DNA from: Anaerolineales bacterium
GTDB lineage: Bacteria > Chloroflexota > Anaerolineae > Anaerolineales > UBA11579
Assembly (NCBI GenBank): GCA_019637755.1
Contig: JAHBVC010000002.1
Span: 293,342 to 357,341, forward strand
Length of the DNA stretch: 64,000 bases
Reading direction: 5' to 3'
This document shows positions 1 to 8,174 of this stretch, piece after piece. Position 1 is the stretch's first letter. Each line of letters opens with the position of its first letter. Below the pieces are notes generated by a model. The model searched no databases, was not told the DNA's origin, and saw nothing but the letters and a program-made list of their open reading frames with translations. The position numbers and the translations under genes were made by a program.

Positions 1-355
1 GGGTATCGATGATCAGATCGGGTTGCAGCGCCGCCAGGGTTTCAAAATCCGGCTCGCCGCGCATGCCGACATCGACGACATCCGGCGAGAGCTCAGCGGG
101 CACATTGACCCAGGTGTTGAAGCCTTCGATATCGGCGACGCCGACGGGCTGGATGCCCAGCGCCAGCAGGTTCTCGACATAGGTCCATTCGAGGGCCACC
201 ACGCGCAGCGCCGGGCCGGGCAGCACCGCCTCGCCCATTGTATGGGGGATGGTGATGGCACCGGCGGTGTTGGGGTCTACGGGCTCACGCGGCACGATGA
301 CGGGGGCACATGCGGCCAACAGGCTGGCCAGCACGAGAATGAGTAGTTTGCGCAC
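1..355 (-). CDS. ABC-transporter substrate-binding lipoprotein of the siderophore/cobalamin (FecB/FhuD-like) class, N-terminal part; the gene runs off the left edge
   Basis: My minus-strand translation from GTG at 355 gives VRKLLILVLASLLAACAPVIVPREPVDPNTAGAITIPHTMGEAVLPGPALRVVALEWTYVENLLALGIQPVGVADIEGFNTWVNVP... It has a lipobox (LAAC) and the ALEW/LLALG-PVGV pattern of this SBP class. It is absent from the ORF track because its stop lies outside the window. Confidence 0.6.
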   Translation of the reverse strand, partial: MRKLLILVLASLLAACAPVIVPREPVDPNTAGAITIPHTMGEAVLPGPALRVVALEWTYVENLLALGIQPVGVADIEGFNTWVNVPAELSPDVVDVGMRGEPDFETLAALQPDLIIDT

Positions 356-547
356 AGTACAGCTCCTTAAGTTCGCAAGCGAGTGTATGCAGTGGGCCTT
401 CAATAATCTAGGCGTGCGGCTTAATCCCTATTTGCTCCCTGGTGAGGCAAAGTTTCAATGTGGGTGATAATTGGCTTTGCTCAGGTAGTGGATTTTTGAG
501 ATCGGCAGTGGTCTATTTGTGAAATCTTGCCCAAGCAAGCGAGGTAG

Positions 548-1597
548 ATGTTCGTGGCAGAAACAAAAGGTGTGATTTTGCTGAATTTGGGTTCGCCCGA
601 CGCGCCGGAGGAAGGCGCGCTGCGCGAATACCTGGAAGAATTTTTGATGGATGCGCGCGTGCTGGATTATCCGCGCCCGCTGCGTAACCTGGTGGTAAAG
701 CAATTCATCTTGCCCAAGCGGCCAGCAACTTCGGCCGAGGCGTATGCTTCGATCTGGTGGCCGGAAGGCTCGCCGCTGGTGGTGATCAGCGAGCGCACGC
801 GGCAGGCGCTGCAGGAACGCACGCAGCTGCCGGTGGAGCTGGGCATGCGCTACGGCCAGCCCACGGCGCGCGCCGCGCTGCAAAAGCTGCTGGCAGCGGG
901 CGCTCGCGAGATCTTTGCCATCCCGCTGTATCCGCATTACGCCATGTCTACCATCGAGAGCGCGGTGGTGAAGACGCAAGAGGAGCTGGCCAAGCTTGAC
1001 CCGGCAGCACGCCTAATCGTGCAGCCGCCCTACTATGATGAAGCGGGCTATTTGCAAGCGCTGTACGCCAGCGCCCGCCCGCACTTACAGGACTTTGAGC
1101 ACCTGCTGTTCAGCTATCACGGGCTGCCCGAGCGCCATCTGCGCAAGGCCGATCCCACCGGCGCGCACTGCCTGCGCAGCGCCGATTGCTGCGAGGTGCC
1201 CAGCGCGGCGCACGGCACCTGTTACCGCCACCAACTGTTGCGCACCACAGATGCGTTCGTGCGTGAGTTCAACATTCCGGCGGAGAAGTATTCGCTGGCC
1301 TACCAATCACGCCTGGGGAGCGATAAGTGGCTGCAACCCTCCACCGAGGCCAAGCTGGTGGAGCTGGCGCAGCGCGGCGTGCGCAAGCTCACCGTGATCT
1401 GCCCGGCGTTTGTGGACGATTGTGTAGAGACGCTGGAAGAGATTGGCATCCGCGGCAAGCAAGTGTTCCTGGCCGCCGGCGGCGAGGAATTTGAGTTAAT
1501 CCCGTGCATCAACGACCACCCGGCATGGATCGATACGTTGGCGGGCTGGGTGGAGGCGTTTGAGAAGCGTGGCGAAGTAGTGCTGGCCGGGATGTGA
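548..1597 (+). CDS. hemH: Ferrochelatase
   Basis: 349-aa ORF; ATG at 548 checked. GVILLNLGSPDAP N-terminus, SYHGLPERHL and CPAFVDDCVETLEEI match the ferrochelatase family pattern. Confidence 0.9.
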   Translation: MFVAETKGVILLNLGSPDAPEEGALREYLEEFLMDARVLDYPRPLRNLVVKQFILPKRPATSAEAYASIWWPEGSPLVVISERTRQALQERTQLPVELGMRYGQPTARAALQKLLAAGAREIFAIPLYPHYAMSTIESAVVKTQEELAKLDPAARLIVQPPYYDEAGYLQALYASARPHLQDFEHLLFSYHGLPERHLRKADPTGAHCLRSADCCEVPSAAHGTCYRHQLLRTTDAFVREFNIPAEKYSLAYQSRLGSDKWLQPSTEAKLVELAQRGVRKLTVICPAFVDDCVETLEEIGIRGKQVFLAAGGEEFELIPCINDHPAWIDTLAGWVEAFEKRGEVVLAGM

Positions 1598-1664
1598 GTG
1601 CTATTACTCGTGGGGGATAGTTAGAACGTCTTTTGGCAATAACAATTAAAGAGTCTTTCTTTGC

Positions 1665-1774
1665 CCTAAAGGATTCCTCCCTCACTGCGTTCGGTCGGAA
1701 TGACGTTTAAAGTTTGTTGTCATCCCGACGAGCCGCGTAGCGGCGAGGAGGGATCCTTTAGGCCATTGCAAATC
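1665..1774. repeat. Palindromic intergenic repeat unit, copy A
   Basis: Arm cctaaaggattcctccctcactgcgttcggtcggaatgac (1665-1704) is the near-complement of gtcatcccgacgagccgcgtagcggcgaggagggatcctttagg (1719-1762). The tail ccattgcaaatc is shared with copy B. Confidence 0.8.
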
Positions 1775-1791
1775 CAGCTTGAAGGTTTGCT

Positions 1792-1904
1792 CTTAGGTGA
1801 TTCCTAGCCTTCGGCTGCCGCGTTCGGAATGATGTTTTTTGGCTTACTGTCATCCCGAACGAGCCGTGCAGCCGAGGGAAGAATCCTTTAGGCCATTGCA
1901 AATC
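1792..1904. repeat. Palindromic intergenic repeat unit, copy B
   Basis: Same architecture as copy A (..cgttcggaatgat.. / gtcatcccgaacgagccgtgcagccgagggaagaatcctttagg). The 3' block atcctttaggccattgcaaatc is identical to copy A. Confidence 0.8.
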
Positions 1905-1926
1905 AACTAAGAATAACTGTCTGGAA

Positions 1927-2922
1927 TCACTCCCCCGGATAGCGCATGCCCCACTGGGTGCGCAGCGTATCCAGCGTGCGCAGGATGGCGAGCGACTCAT
2001 CGAGCGGCATGGTTTCGCTCTCCAGCAGGCCGGCTTGCAGGCAACGGCGCACCTCGGCGGCCTGGTAGCCGTAGCCATCGCCCTTGTAGGGCGCGGTGAG
2101 CACGCGGCTGCCGCCCCCTTGTTGCAGGTGCAGGCGGCGCATCTTCCAGCCGCCGCGGTCCATCTCGATACGAATGTTGCCCTCGCTGCCCAGCAGCATA
2201 ATGTCGTGACGCATGCGGCCAGCAAAGCCGGCCGCCAACTGCGCCACACCGCCGCCGGCATACTGGAAAATGGCCGAGAAGCGCGTATCCACGCCGGTGG
2301 GCGCCAGCTCGGCCTTGGAGAGAATCTCCTGCGGCTGGGCGCCGAAGACCAGGCTGGCGAAAGAGACGGGGTAGATGCCGAGATCGAGCAGCGCCCCGCC
2401 GCCGAGGGCCGGGGAATAGAAGCGATTGTCGTTGGCGATGGGCGGCTGGGAGTGGAAGGCGGCGTGCAGTTGTAGCGGCTGGCCGATGGCGCCGCGCTGC
2501 AGCAGCTCGCGCAGAGCGGAAACCAAAGGCAGCCACCGCACCCACATCGCCTCCATCAGGAACAGCTGGCGGCTGCGGGCAATCTCGATGAGCTCGGCCA
2601 GTTGCGGCGCGTTGAGGGTAAAGGTCTTCTCGCACAGTACCGGTTTGCCGGCCAGCAAGGCGGCTTTCGTTTGCTCGTAGTGCAAGTTGTTGGGCGAGGA
2701 CACGTAGACGACATCGATGCCCGGGTCAGCCAGCATGGCGTCCAGCGAACCGTAGGCCTGCCCGCCGAACTGGCGCACAAAGGCGGCGGCGGACTCAGGC
2801 GTGCGCGATACCACGCCGCCGATGCGGTTGCCGGGCGCGTGACGCATGTCACGCGCCATGGCGGCGGCCATCTTGCCGGCGGCTACGAAGCCCCAGGTGG
2901 TGGGTTGGCGGGATGCGGGCAT
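1927..2922 (-). CDS. Gfo/Idh/MocA-family NAD(P)-dependent oxidoreductase
   Basis: 331-aa ORF. N-terminal Rossmann segment WGFVAAGKMAAAMARDM, the EKTF motif (PVLCEKTFTL) and overall layout are typical of Gfo/Idh/MocA. ATG at 2922 checked. Confidence 0.85.
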   Translation of the reverse strand: MPASRQPTTWGFVAAGKMAAAMARDMRHAPGNRIGGVVSRTPESAAAFVRQFGGQAYGSLDAMLADPGIDVVYVSSPNNLHYEQTKAALLAGKPVLCEKTFTLNAPQLAELIEIARSRQLFLMEAMWVRWLPLVSALRELLQRGAIGQPLQLHAAFHSQPPIANDNRFYSPALGGGALLDLGIYPVSFASLVFGAQPQEILSKAELAPTGVDTRFSAIFQYAGGGVAQLAAGFAGRMRHDIMLLGSEGNIRIEMDRGGWKMRRLHLQQGGGSRVLTAPYKGDGYGYQAAEVRRCLQAGLLESETMPLDESLAILRTLDTLRTQWGMRYPGE

Positions 2923-2969
2923 GGGTGGGAGTATACAGGGAGCGGCGTCTCTCTAACCAATCAAGTATG

Positions 2970-3875
2970 CTAGCGCCAAAATGGCACTTCCATCCAGTTC
3001 TCAGGAAAACCAATCTGTTCCATTGGCAATTCAGGATAATGGCTTACAAGCGCTTTTAACTGCGAGCCCCAAGTGTTATCCACATCAATGACATTCAACA
3101 AATACTGGATAACTACCAAAGAAGGAAACACCCGGTTGCTCGCGGTAGTAATTTTGACGGGCTTGTGAAAATCTGAAAGATTTTTCTCTTTTGGAATCTG
3201 AAAACCAATCGGGAAATGACGATTCCATAGACGCCCATGATGAGCACAAATGTTTCTTACAACTGCAAGCATATGAAGCCAAGATCCAAACACCTTTCGG
3301 GTTAGCCCATAATGCCGAGAAAGAACTTCACGATCGACTTGATGCAAATTTGCATAGAATTTACTGAGAGCCCCGAATGTCATTTCTTCAAAGAGCATCC
3401 AGCACGGCAGGTGCGATTCACTGGTGTACTTACTCCGGTAAGCCTTAACGAAATCAGATGAACTTCTTTCTTTTGTCACTTCAGAAAACTTCAGGAAATC
3501 TTCGTGAAAATTCTCTATTTCATCTTGCCGAAATGAATTTCGTTCTAAGAATCCAAAGGCACCATATTTACTAGAAAAGAACTCAACAAGATGTGAGCGA
3601 AAAACAGAAATCTCAATTCTCTCAAGTGCATCAAAGATAAGTAACCTTAATTCTCTATCAAAGTAATAGCGGTCTTCTACCATACTGAAGGTGGTACCAT
3701 CAATAAAGTTGTCATCTATATCTGATTTGCGGTACGCGTACAGATAGCCAGTTAGCCTATAGTAGTTAACTTGCCTTAGGAAGGTAGCTAAGCGTTCTGG
3801 TTGACACGATAGGCCTCTGTCCGTAAGCAAGGCTACCTGTTCTACAATTGAAAGTGGTTCTTTTTTGTACTTCAT
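2970..3875 (-). CDS. Abi_2 (AbiD/AbiF-like) abortive-infection protein with HEPN-type Rx4H motif
   Basis: Starts MKYKKEPLSIVEQVALLTDRGL..VNYYRLTGYLYAY.. and carries VVRNICAHHGRLWNR (R-x4-H), the hallmarks of the Abi_2 family. AT-rich. The track ORF (to 4082) extends through a tRNA fragment; I place the start at the ATG at 3875. Confidence 0.75.
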   Translation of the reverse strand: MKYKKEPLSIVEQVALLTDRGLSCQPERLATFLRQVNYYRLTGYLYAYRKSDIDDNFIDGTTFSMVEDRYYFDRELRLLIFDALERIEISVFRSHLVEFFSSKYGAFGFLERNSFRQDEIENFHEDFLKFSEVTKERSSSDFVKAYRSKYTSESHLPCWMLFEEMTFGALSKFYANLHQVDREVLSRHYGLTRKVFGSWLHMLAVVRNICAHHGRLWNRHFPIGFQIPKEKNLSDFHKPVKITTASNRVFPSLVVIQYLLNVIDVDNTWGSQLKALVSHYPELPMEQIGFPENWMEVPFWR

Positions 3876-4054
3876 CCCCAAAAAGAGAAATCCGCCCATT
3901 TGAGCATGTCTAAGACAGAGGCTTGGCGGATTTGTTAAATAGATTATAGGTTGTTTTAGCAACAATGTCAATACTGGCAGGCAACTACGGTGTGCTGGCC
4001 ATAGCTGGGTACTGTCGTAGGTATCAGCGCCACACCTGTATAATAGAGGTCTAC

Positions 4055-4093
4055 TGCGCCCATAGCTCAATGGATAGAGCAACTGACTTCGGA
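4055..4093 (+). repeat. attL-like direct repeat: orphan 5' half of tRNA-Arg (acceptor stem to 3' end of anticodon loop)
   Basis: tgcgcccatagctcaatggatagagcaactgacttcgga is identical to 8174-8212. The two copies diverge immediately after the anticodon loop (ctgcaat versus tcagtgg). Confidence 0.9.
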
Positions 4094-4201
4094 CTGCAAT
4101 AGACGTTGTAAACCCTGTCTATTACGTGTTCTTGGGCCAAATTTACGGGTAAATTCGGGGAAAGCTAGTAAATAGAGTCTAAGATTTCAATAATTTTTCA
4201 G

Positions 4202-4228
4202 ATTAACTGCAGCAGATTTGCAGCAGCA
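4202..4228 (+). repeat. 27-bp direct repeat, left copy (candidate arm-type integrase site)
   Basis: attaactgcagcagatttgcagcagca is identical to 8099-8125. It lies 108 bp inside the left att repeat. Confidence 0.7.
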
Positions 4229-4289
4229 GGTGGTGGGAAAGGCAGTTTGGCAACAGCATTTCCTTGCTTGGCATCCTCAAAGGAGTGAT

Positions 4290-5246
4290 ATGAAAATCCG
4301 CTTAAGTGTTCTTCGAGAATCACTAGAAAACCTGACTTTTCGAAGAGATGGTGACAAGTATGAAAGGGCGTATGGCCATCTTCTCGCACCTAATTTCCCA
4401 AATTGCGAGATTTTCTGGAAATTCTTTGTAGGTCCTTATGCCCAAATGGCTTCTACGCAACCCCTAAACAGTGATCGCAACAGCAGCAAGTTAAAAGAGA
4501 TAGAAACACTACGGCTGGTTGGGTGGAGTCATTACACAATGTTTCTGCATCTTGTATTTGCCAGAGTTCACTTGCAAACAAGGATGATTTCTTCAATCGA
4601 AAACACTTACTCACATCTAGTATCGGCATGTGATTTGGCAGATAACACAGTCGCTCAATTCCATCTACTTATGCTAAAGGCAAGGAATGAGGAGACAAAA
4701 GTAAAGTGTAAAAAAAGAAAGCGCCTTCGAGAATGTGAAGAATTAAGGAAAGAATATTTTGGTGACAAATTCAGCGAGCAGTTCAACGGATATCTAAACC
4801 ATGTAAGAAACATAAAAGTGCTTAGGAACATTCTCGTTCACGATGTAATGCTAGCGCGCATATCTTCGCCTGAAGGATATCTGATACCCAAATCCGAAAA
4901 GGCCAGACTATATATGAAGAATAACTTGGGAGAAACCCAAAAAGCCGCAAACACAGGTGCGGAAATGAGTAATTTTCGGGAAGAATACGAACAGGCTGAA
5001 GATGATACGGTGCAGCTTGAAGTTAAGCTAAATGCTTTATGGGAAAAGATGATCTCAGATTTTAAGAATGAATTCTTTTCTGAGAAAGATTCACTTAGAA
5101 AGTTCTATGAAATAGAAGCCGAAAATCCCGAACATCTCATGCCACCTAGTAGTAGTTCCCAGTTTCTCCCTTCGCCCGTCAGACCACGCCAACCATATTC
5201 CGGTGGTTCTATCATAGTTGACTCGAGCAGACACGAACCTGATTAA
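4290..5246 (+). CDS. Hypothetical all-alpha protein with an Rx4H (HEPN-like) motif; cargo gene of the element
   Basis: AGGAG at 4281-4285 precedes ATG 4290 (MKIRLSVLRESL...). Contains ..HVRNIKVLRNILVHDVML.. (R-N-I-L-V-H). I recognise no family beyond the motif. AT-rich. Confidence 0.5.
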   Translation: MKIRLSVLRESLENLTFRRDGDKYERAYGHLLAPNFPNCEIFWKFFVGPYAQMASTQPLNSDRNSSKLKEIETLRLVGWSHYTMFLHLVFARVHLQTRMISSIENTYSHLVSACDLADNTVAQFHLLMLKARNEETKVKCKKRKRLRECEELRKEYFGDKFSEQFNGYLNHVRNIKVLRNILVHDVMLARISSPEGYLIPKSEKARLYMKNNLGETQKAANTGAEMSNFREEYEQAEDDTVQLEVKLNALWEKMISDFKNEFFSEKDSLRKFYEIEAENPEHLMPPSSSSQFLPSPVRPRQPYSGGSIIVDSSRHEPD

Positions 5247-5249
5247 TAG

Positions 5250-5380
5250 CCTTTCTTCCCGCAGCCGGGAGACGGCAGCGGGGGCCTCGGCTTGTCAAGG
5301 GGAGCGCATGACCAGCCAAACTAACAACCCTGCCCTTGACAAGCTGGGGTGCTGCCGTAGGCTGCGAAAGGGAAGAAAGG
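5250..5380. other. Long imperfect cruciform/stem-loop in the non-coding gap upstream of rep (candidate origin or structured RNA)
   Basis: Nested complementary arms: cctttcttcccgcagcc (5250-5266) / ggctgcgaaagggaagaaagg (5360-5380); ggcagc (5274-5279) / gctgcc (5351-5356); cttgtcaagg (5291-5300) / ccttgacaag (5334-5343). Confidence 0.6.
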
Positions 5381-5825
5381 CGAAAGAGTAGACACAATAG
5401 ACACTAATCAGATTGACACTTCCCGAAAGCTACAGTATCTTTTTTGTGGGGCTGGTTCTGGCTTCTTCAACCAGAGTACGTAAAGGACTAATCGTACAGA
5501 GTTCCCCCTAAAGGTCTATCGAGAGGCGCAGCCAGCGCCGAGTGGCTATTGCAGCCCCAGGGCAGCTATTTTGGTCGGCGGACGCCCTGAATTTCATGTG
5601 ACCAAGTGAATTGAATAGCTGATGTTCTCTGAGGCAGTTTGCCTGCTTTTTGGCACACCTGTTTCCCACAGACCACAGCAAGCAAGTAAGTAGCTGATGC
5701 TGAGCACCGAACCGGAGCGCACGTGAGGAGCACCGGAAGCGGAGCGGAAGTGCACTACTTCTTGCCAATTTCATCGGCAGCCCCCCAATACTGTTAGGGG
5801 GGCGTAAATTGGTCACGGAGTAAAT

Positions 5826-6722
5826 ATGGAATTCAGGATACATTGGTTTGCTGTAACTATTTGGGGAACAACAGATTTTGCGCTAAAACTCTGGGAAGTT
5901 TGGTTTCAAAAGAGCTTAGGCCACATGCAGCCACAGGGCTATGGTGGCAGGCTGTACCAGTCAATCTATAAGGCACTAGCAGAAAGCAAGCTCTACTGCG
6001 CTCCTAGACTGGCTACTGACGATTCTGAACAACACTTCCATTTTGAGCTACCTGGGTCAGCTTGCGAGGCTTTGCACCCAAAGCTGCTGCAGGACTTTAT
6101 GCTTGCGCTGGAGCATGTCGAACGCTTCCAGTTCACTCGCCTTGACTTAGCTTGGGATGGCGTGCCGTTCACGCCCGAAGATTTAGAGCAAGCTGGCGAA
6201 AGCAATATGCTGCGGACTTACGCAAGGCGGGAAACTCTTAGCTTCGAAAGCACACCATACAAGCCAAGAGAAGACGGGCAGATAGGCCACTCCATTTTCA
6301 GAATGGGTAGCCGGCAGTCTTCGCGCTATCTGCGCGTGTACAACCTGCATGGTCCAGTTCGCCTTGAAATTGAAACTCGTAGCAAGCGGGCTGACACTAT
6401 TGCCAGAGATGTGCTGGTTCATGCGCCTGATGATTGGGCAGCAAAAGCAATGGCGCACCTGCGGGATTTTGTAGATGTGCATGCAGATTATTGGCAGGAA
6501 TTTATTCAGGGTGAAGCTAGAGCCAATTGCACAGTTACAGATGCACGCACAAGTGAGATGTCTAGAATTTCTGATTGGCTTTACAAGCAGGTTGCTCCCA
6601 GCCTGTCAGTCTTAGCTGATGTTTACGGCGAGGATGCAGTAGATCGTCTGCTCAAAACTGGACGGCGCAAGCGAGGCAAACGCTTTGATAGCTTGCTATC
6701 TGGGGGCAACCATGAATCTTGA
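5826..6722 (+). CDS. Rolling-circle-type replication initiation protein (Rep_trans family)
   Basis: IHWFAVTIWG.., HFELPGSACEAL, FTRLDLAWDG and FRMGSRQSSRYLRVYNLHGPVRLEIETRSKRA follow the conserved Rep_trans blocks (xDWxxxT / hxExxGxxC / TRxDxAxD / GSRxSxxxxRxYxK..RxExE). GGAG lies 7 nt upstream of the ATG. Confidence 0.75.
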   Translation: MEFRIHWFAVTIWGTTDFALKLWEVWFQKSLGHMQPQGYGGRLYQSIYKALAESKLYCAPRLATDDSEQHFHFELPGSACEALHPKLLQDFMLALEHVERFQFTRLDLAWDGVPFTPEDLEQAGESNMLRTYARRETLSFESTPYKPREDGQIGHSIFRMGSRQSSRYLRVYNLHGPVRLEIETRSKRADTIARDVLVHAPDDWAAKAMAHLRDFVDVHADYWQEFIQGEARANCTVTDARTSEMSRISDWLYKQVAPSLSVLADVYGEDAVDRLLKTGRRKRGKRFDSLLSGGNHES

Positions 6723-6909
6723 AGCCTATCCCCCATTCCAATTATTGAAAGCTACGCAGGTTGCACAAATCCTCAATGTCAGTCGGGCGTTCGCATATCA
6801 GCTTATGAAAAAGGGTGAGCTACCCACAGTCAAGATGCAAGGGGCTGTACGGGTCAAGCTGGAAGACCTAAAGCGATACATTGAAGCTAAGCGAACAGCG
6901 ATGGTGTAG
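6712..6909 (+). CDS. Excisionase-type helix-turn-helix DNA-binding protein
   Basis: MNLEAYPPFQLLKATQVAQILNVSRAFAYQLMKKGELPTVKMQGAVRVKLEDLKRYIE is a typical Xis/HTH_17 pattern. It overlaps the rep 3' end by 11 nt and sits directly upstream of int. Confidence 0.7.
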   Translation: MNLEAYPPFQLLKATQVAQILNVSRAFAYQLMKKGELPTVKMQGAVRVKLEDLKRYIEAKRTAMV

Positions 6910-6992
6910 GTAGGTTTACAATGACTCAGACCACCTGCACTTTAACAATCCGGCCAAACTGCCTTTCCTAACTCTGGTAAAGGAGTCAAGGA

Positions 6993-8153
6993 ATGGCAAA
7001 AAGAAGAAACAATCAAGAAGGGGCTATCTATCAAAAGCCCAATGGTCGCTGGCAAGCACAATTCTCAATCGAGGGCAGAAGGTTTAGCAAGTCTTTTCCT
7101 TCGAAACGGGAGTGCGTAGATTGGCTGCGTGAAATGGCTAATCAAAAAGACCGAGGCCTGACCTCGAAAGGGGTAGACCTAACCTTTCATGAATTCTTTG
7201 AAAGATGGTTGCTGCTTACAAAGCCGAGGGTCAGGCCAAAAACATGGCTGCAATATCGAGGGATAGGCAGCTATCACCTCATGCCCAAGTTTGGAAAGAC
7301 GAAGCTAGTAGATATCAAGCCAGCAGCAATTCAAGACCTGTACGCCGAGAAACTTAGAGATGGTCTGGGTGCTCGCACCGTTCAGCTAATTCATGGGGTT
7401 TTGCGCTCATCGTTAGGGTTTGCCGAGCGTCAGGGGCTAATCTCTTACAGTCCCACAAAGCGAGTAGACAAACCAACTTTCATGCAACCGGAAATGAAGT
7501 TCCTGTCAGATGTTCAAGTAAAAGCCCTGCTTGCGCTCACAGAAGGCAGCAGCTTAGGAACATTGCTTCAGATGGCAGTTACTACCGGAATGCGGCAAGG
7601 CGAGTTACTTGGGCTTCGCTGGGCTGATGTGGATTGGGCAAGTGCTACTGTTCGTGTTCGCAGGCAACTGCAGCGAATTCCCTATCAAGGGCTTATCTTT
7701 ACTGAGCCTAAGAGCCGCAATGGTATTCGCACAGTCCAGTTGGGAAGCCTGACTTTGCGAGCGTTGATGCAGCACAAAGAGCGGCAAGGTGCCGAATTCC
7801 TAAATGGCGAGAACACAGAAGACCTGCTGTTCCCTTCCTCAACGGGAACGCCAAAAGAGCCACGCATCCTCTACGCTCAGTTCAAGAAAGCCTTAAAGAT
7901 GGCTAGAGTTCCTGATGTTAGGTTTCATGACCTGCGGCATACCGCAGCTTCGCTAATGCTCATGAGTGGGATGGAGCTAATCCGCATTGCTCGGCAGCTG
8001 GGACACTCTAAACCAAGTATCACGCTGGATATCTACGGTCACTTGATACCCGGCCTTGAAAATGCATCTGCAGAGCGTTTGGATGAGTTAGTAGCTCCAT
8101 TAACTGCAGCAGATTTGCAGCAGCAAGCGCAAAAATCCGTTTTTAAGGCCTAA
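6993..8153 (+). CDS. int: Tyrosine recombinase/integrase with N-terminal arm-binding (AP2-like) domain
   Basis: N-terminus EGAIYQKPNGRWQAQFSIEGRRFSKSF..; catalytic region ..GMRQGELLGLRW.., HDLRHTAASLML, LGHSKPSITLDIYGHL (R..HxxR..Y). Confidence 0.9.
   Translation: MAKRRNNQEGAIYQKPNGRWQAQFSIEGRRFSKSFPSKRECVDWLREMANQKDRGLTSKGVDLTFHEFFERWLLLTKPRVRPKTWLQYRGIGSYHLMPKFGKTKLVDIKPAAIQDLYAEKLRDGLGARTVQLIHGVLRSSLGFAERQGLISYSPTKRVDKPTFMQPEMKFLSDVQVKALLALTEGSSLGTLLQMAVTTGMRQGELLGLRWADVDWASATVRVRRQLQRIPYQGLIFTEPKSRNGIRTVQLGSLTLRALMQHKERQGAEFLNGENTEDLLFPSSTGTPKEPRILYAQFKKALKMARVPDVRFHDLRHTAASLMLMSGMELIRIARQLGHSKPSITLDIYGHLIPGLENASAERLDELVAPLTAADLQQQAQKSVFKA
8099..8125 (+). repeat. 27-bp direct repeat, right copy (inside the int 3' end)
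   Basis: Identical to 4202-4228. It lies 48 bp upstream of the right att repeat. Confidence 0.7.
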
Positions 8154-8158
8154 AACTG

Positions 8159-8164
8159 TATAAT
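8159..8164 (+). promoter_or_regulatory. -10 box (TATAAT) for tRNA-Arg
   Basis: ctgTATAAT lies 10 nt upstream of the mature tRNA 5' end. The same 9-mer ctgtataat (4036-4044) precedes the orphan 5' half at the left end. Confidence 0.55.
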
Positions 8165-8174
8165 TTACCCGTAT

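Noticed and set aside
356-547. Fur/IdeR-type iron box in the divergent region between the siderophore-type SBP gene and hemH
   Set aside because: The only candidates (taatctaggcgtgcggcttaat; gataattgg) match the consensus poorly. I cannot support a call by eye.
3876-4082. N-terminal extension of the Abi_2 ORF in the track (MLYPLSYGRS...)
   Set aside because: The extension reads through the orphan tRNA-Arg 5' half on the opposite strand. The conserved Abi_2 N-terminus begins at MKYKKEP (3875).
5212-5843. Minus-strand ORFs (61 and 111 aa) in the element's non-coding gap
   Set aside because: They have no SD, overlap the cruciform and iteron region, and have odd composition. The region is better explained as an origin or regulatory DNA.
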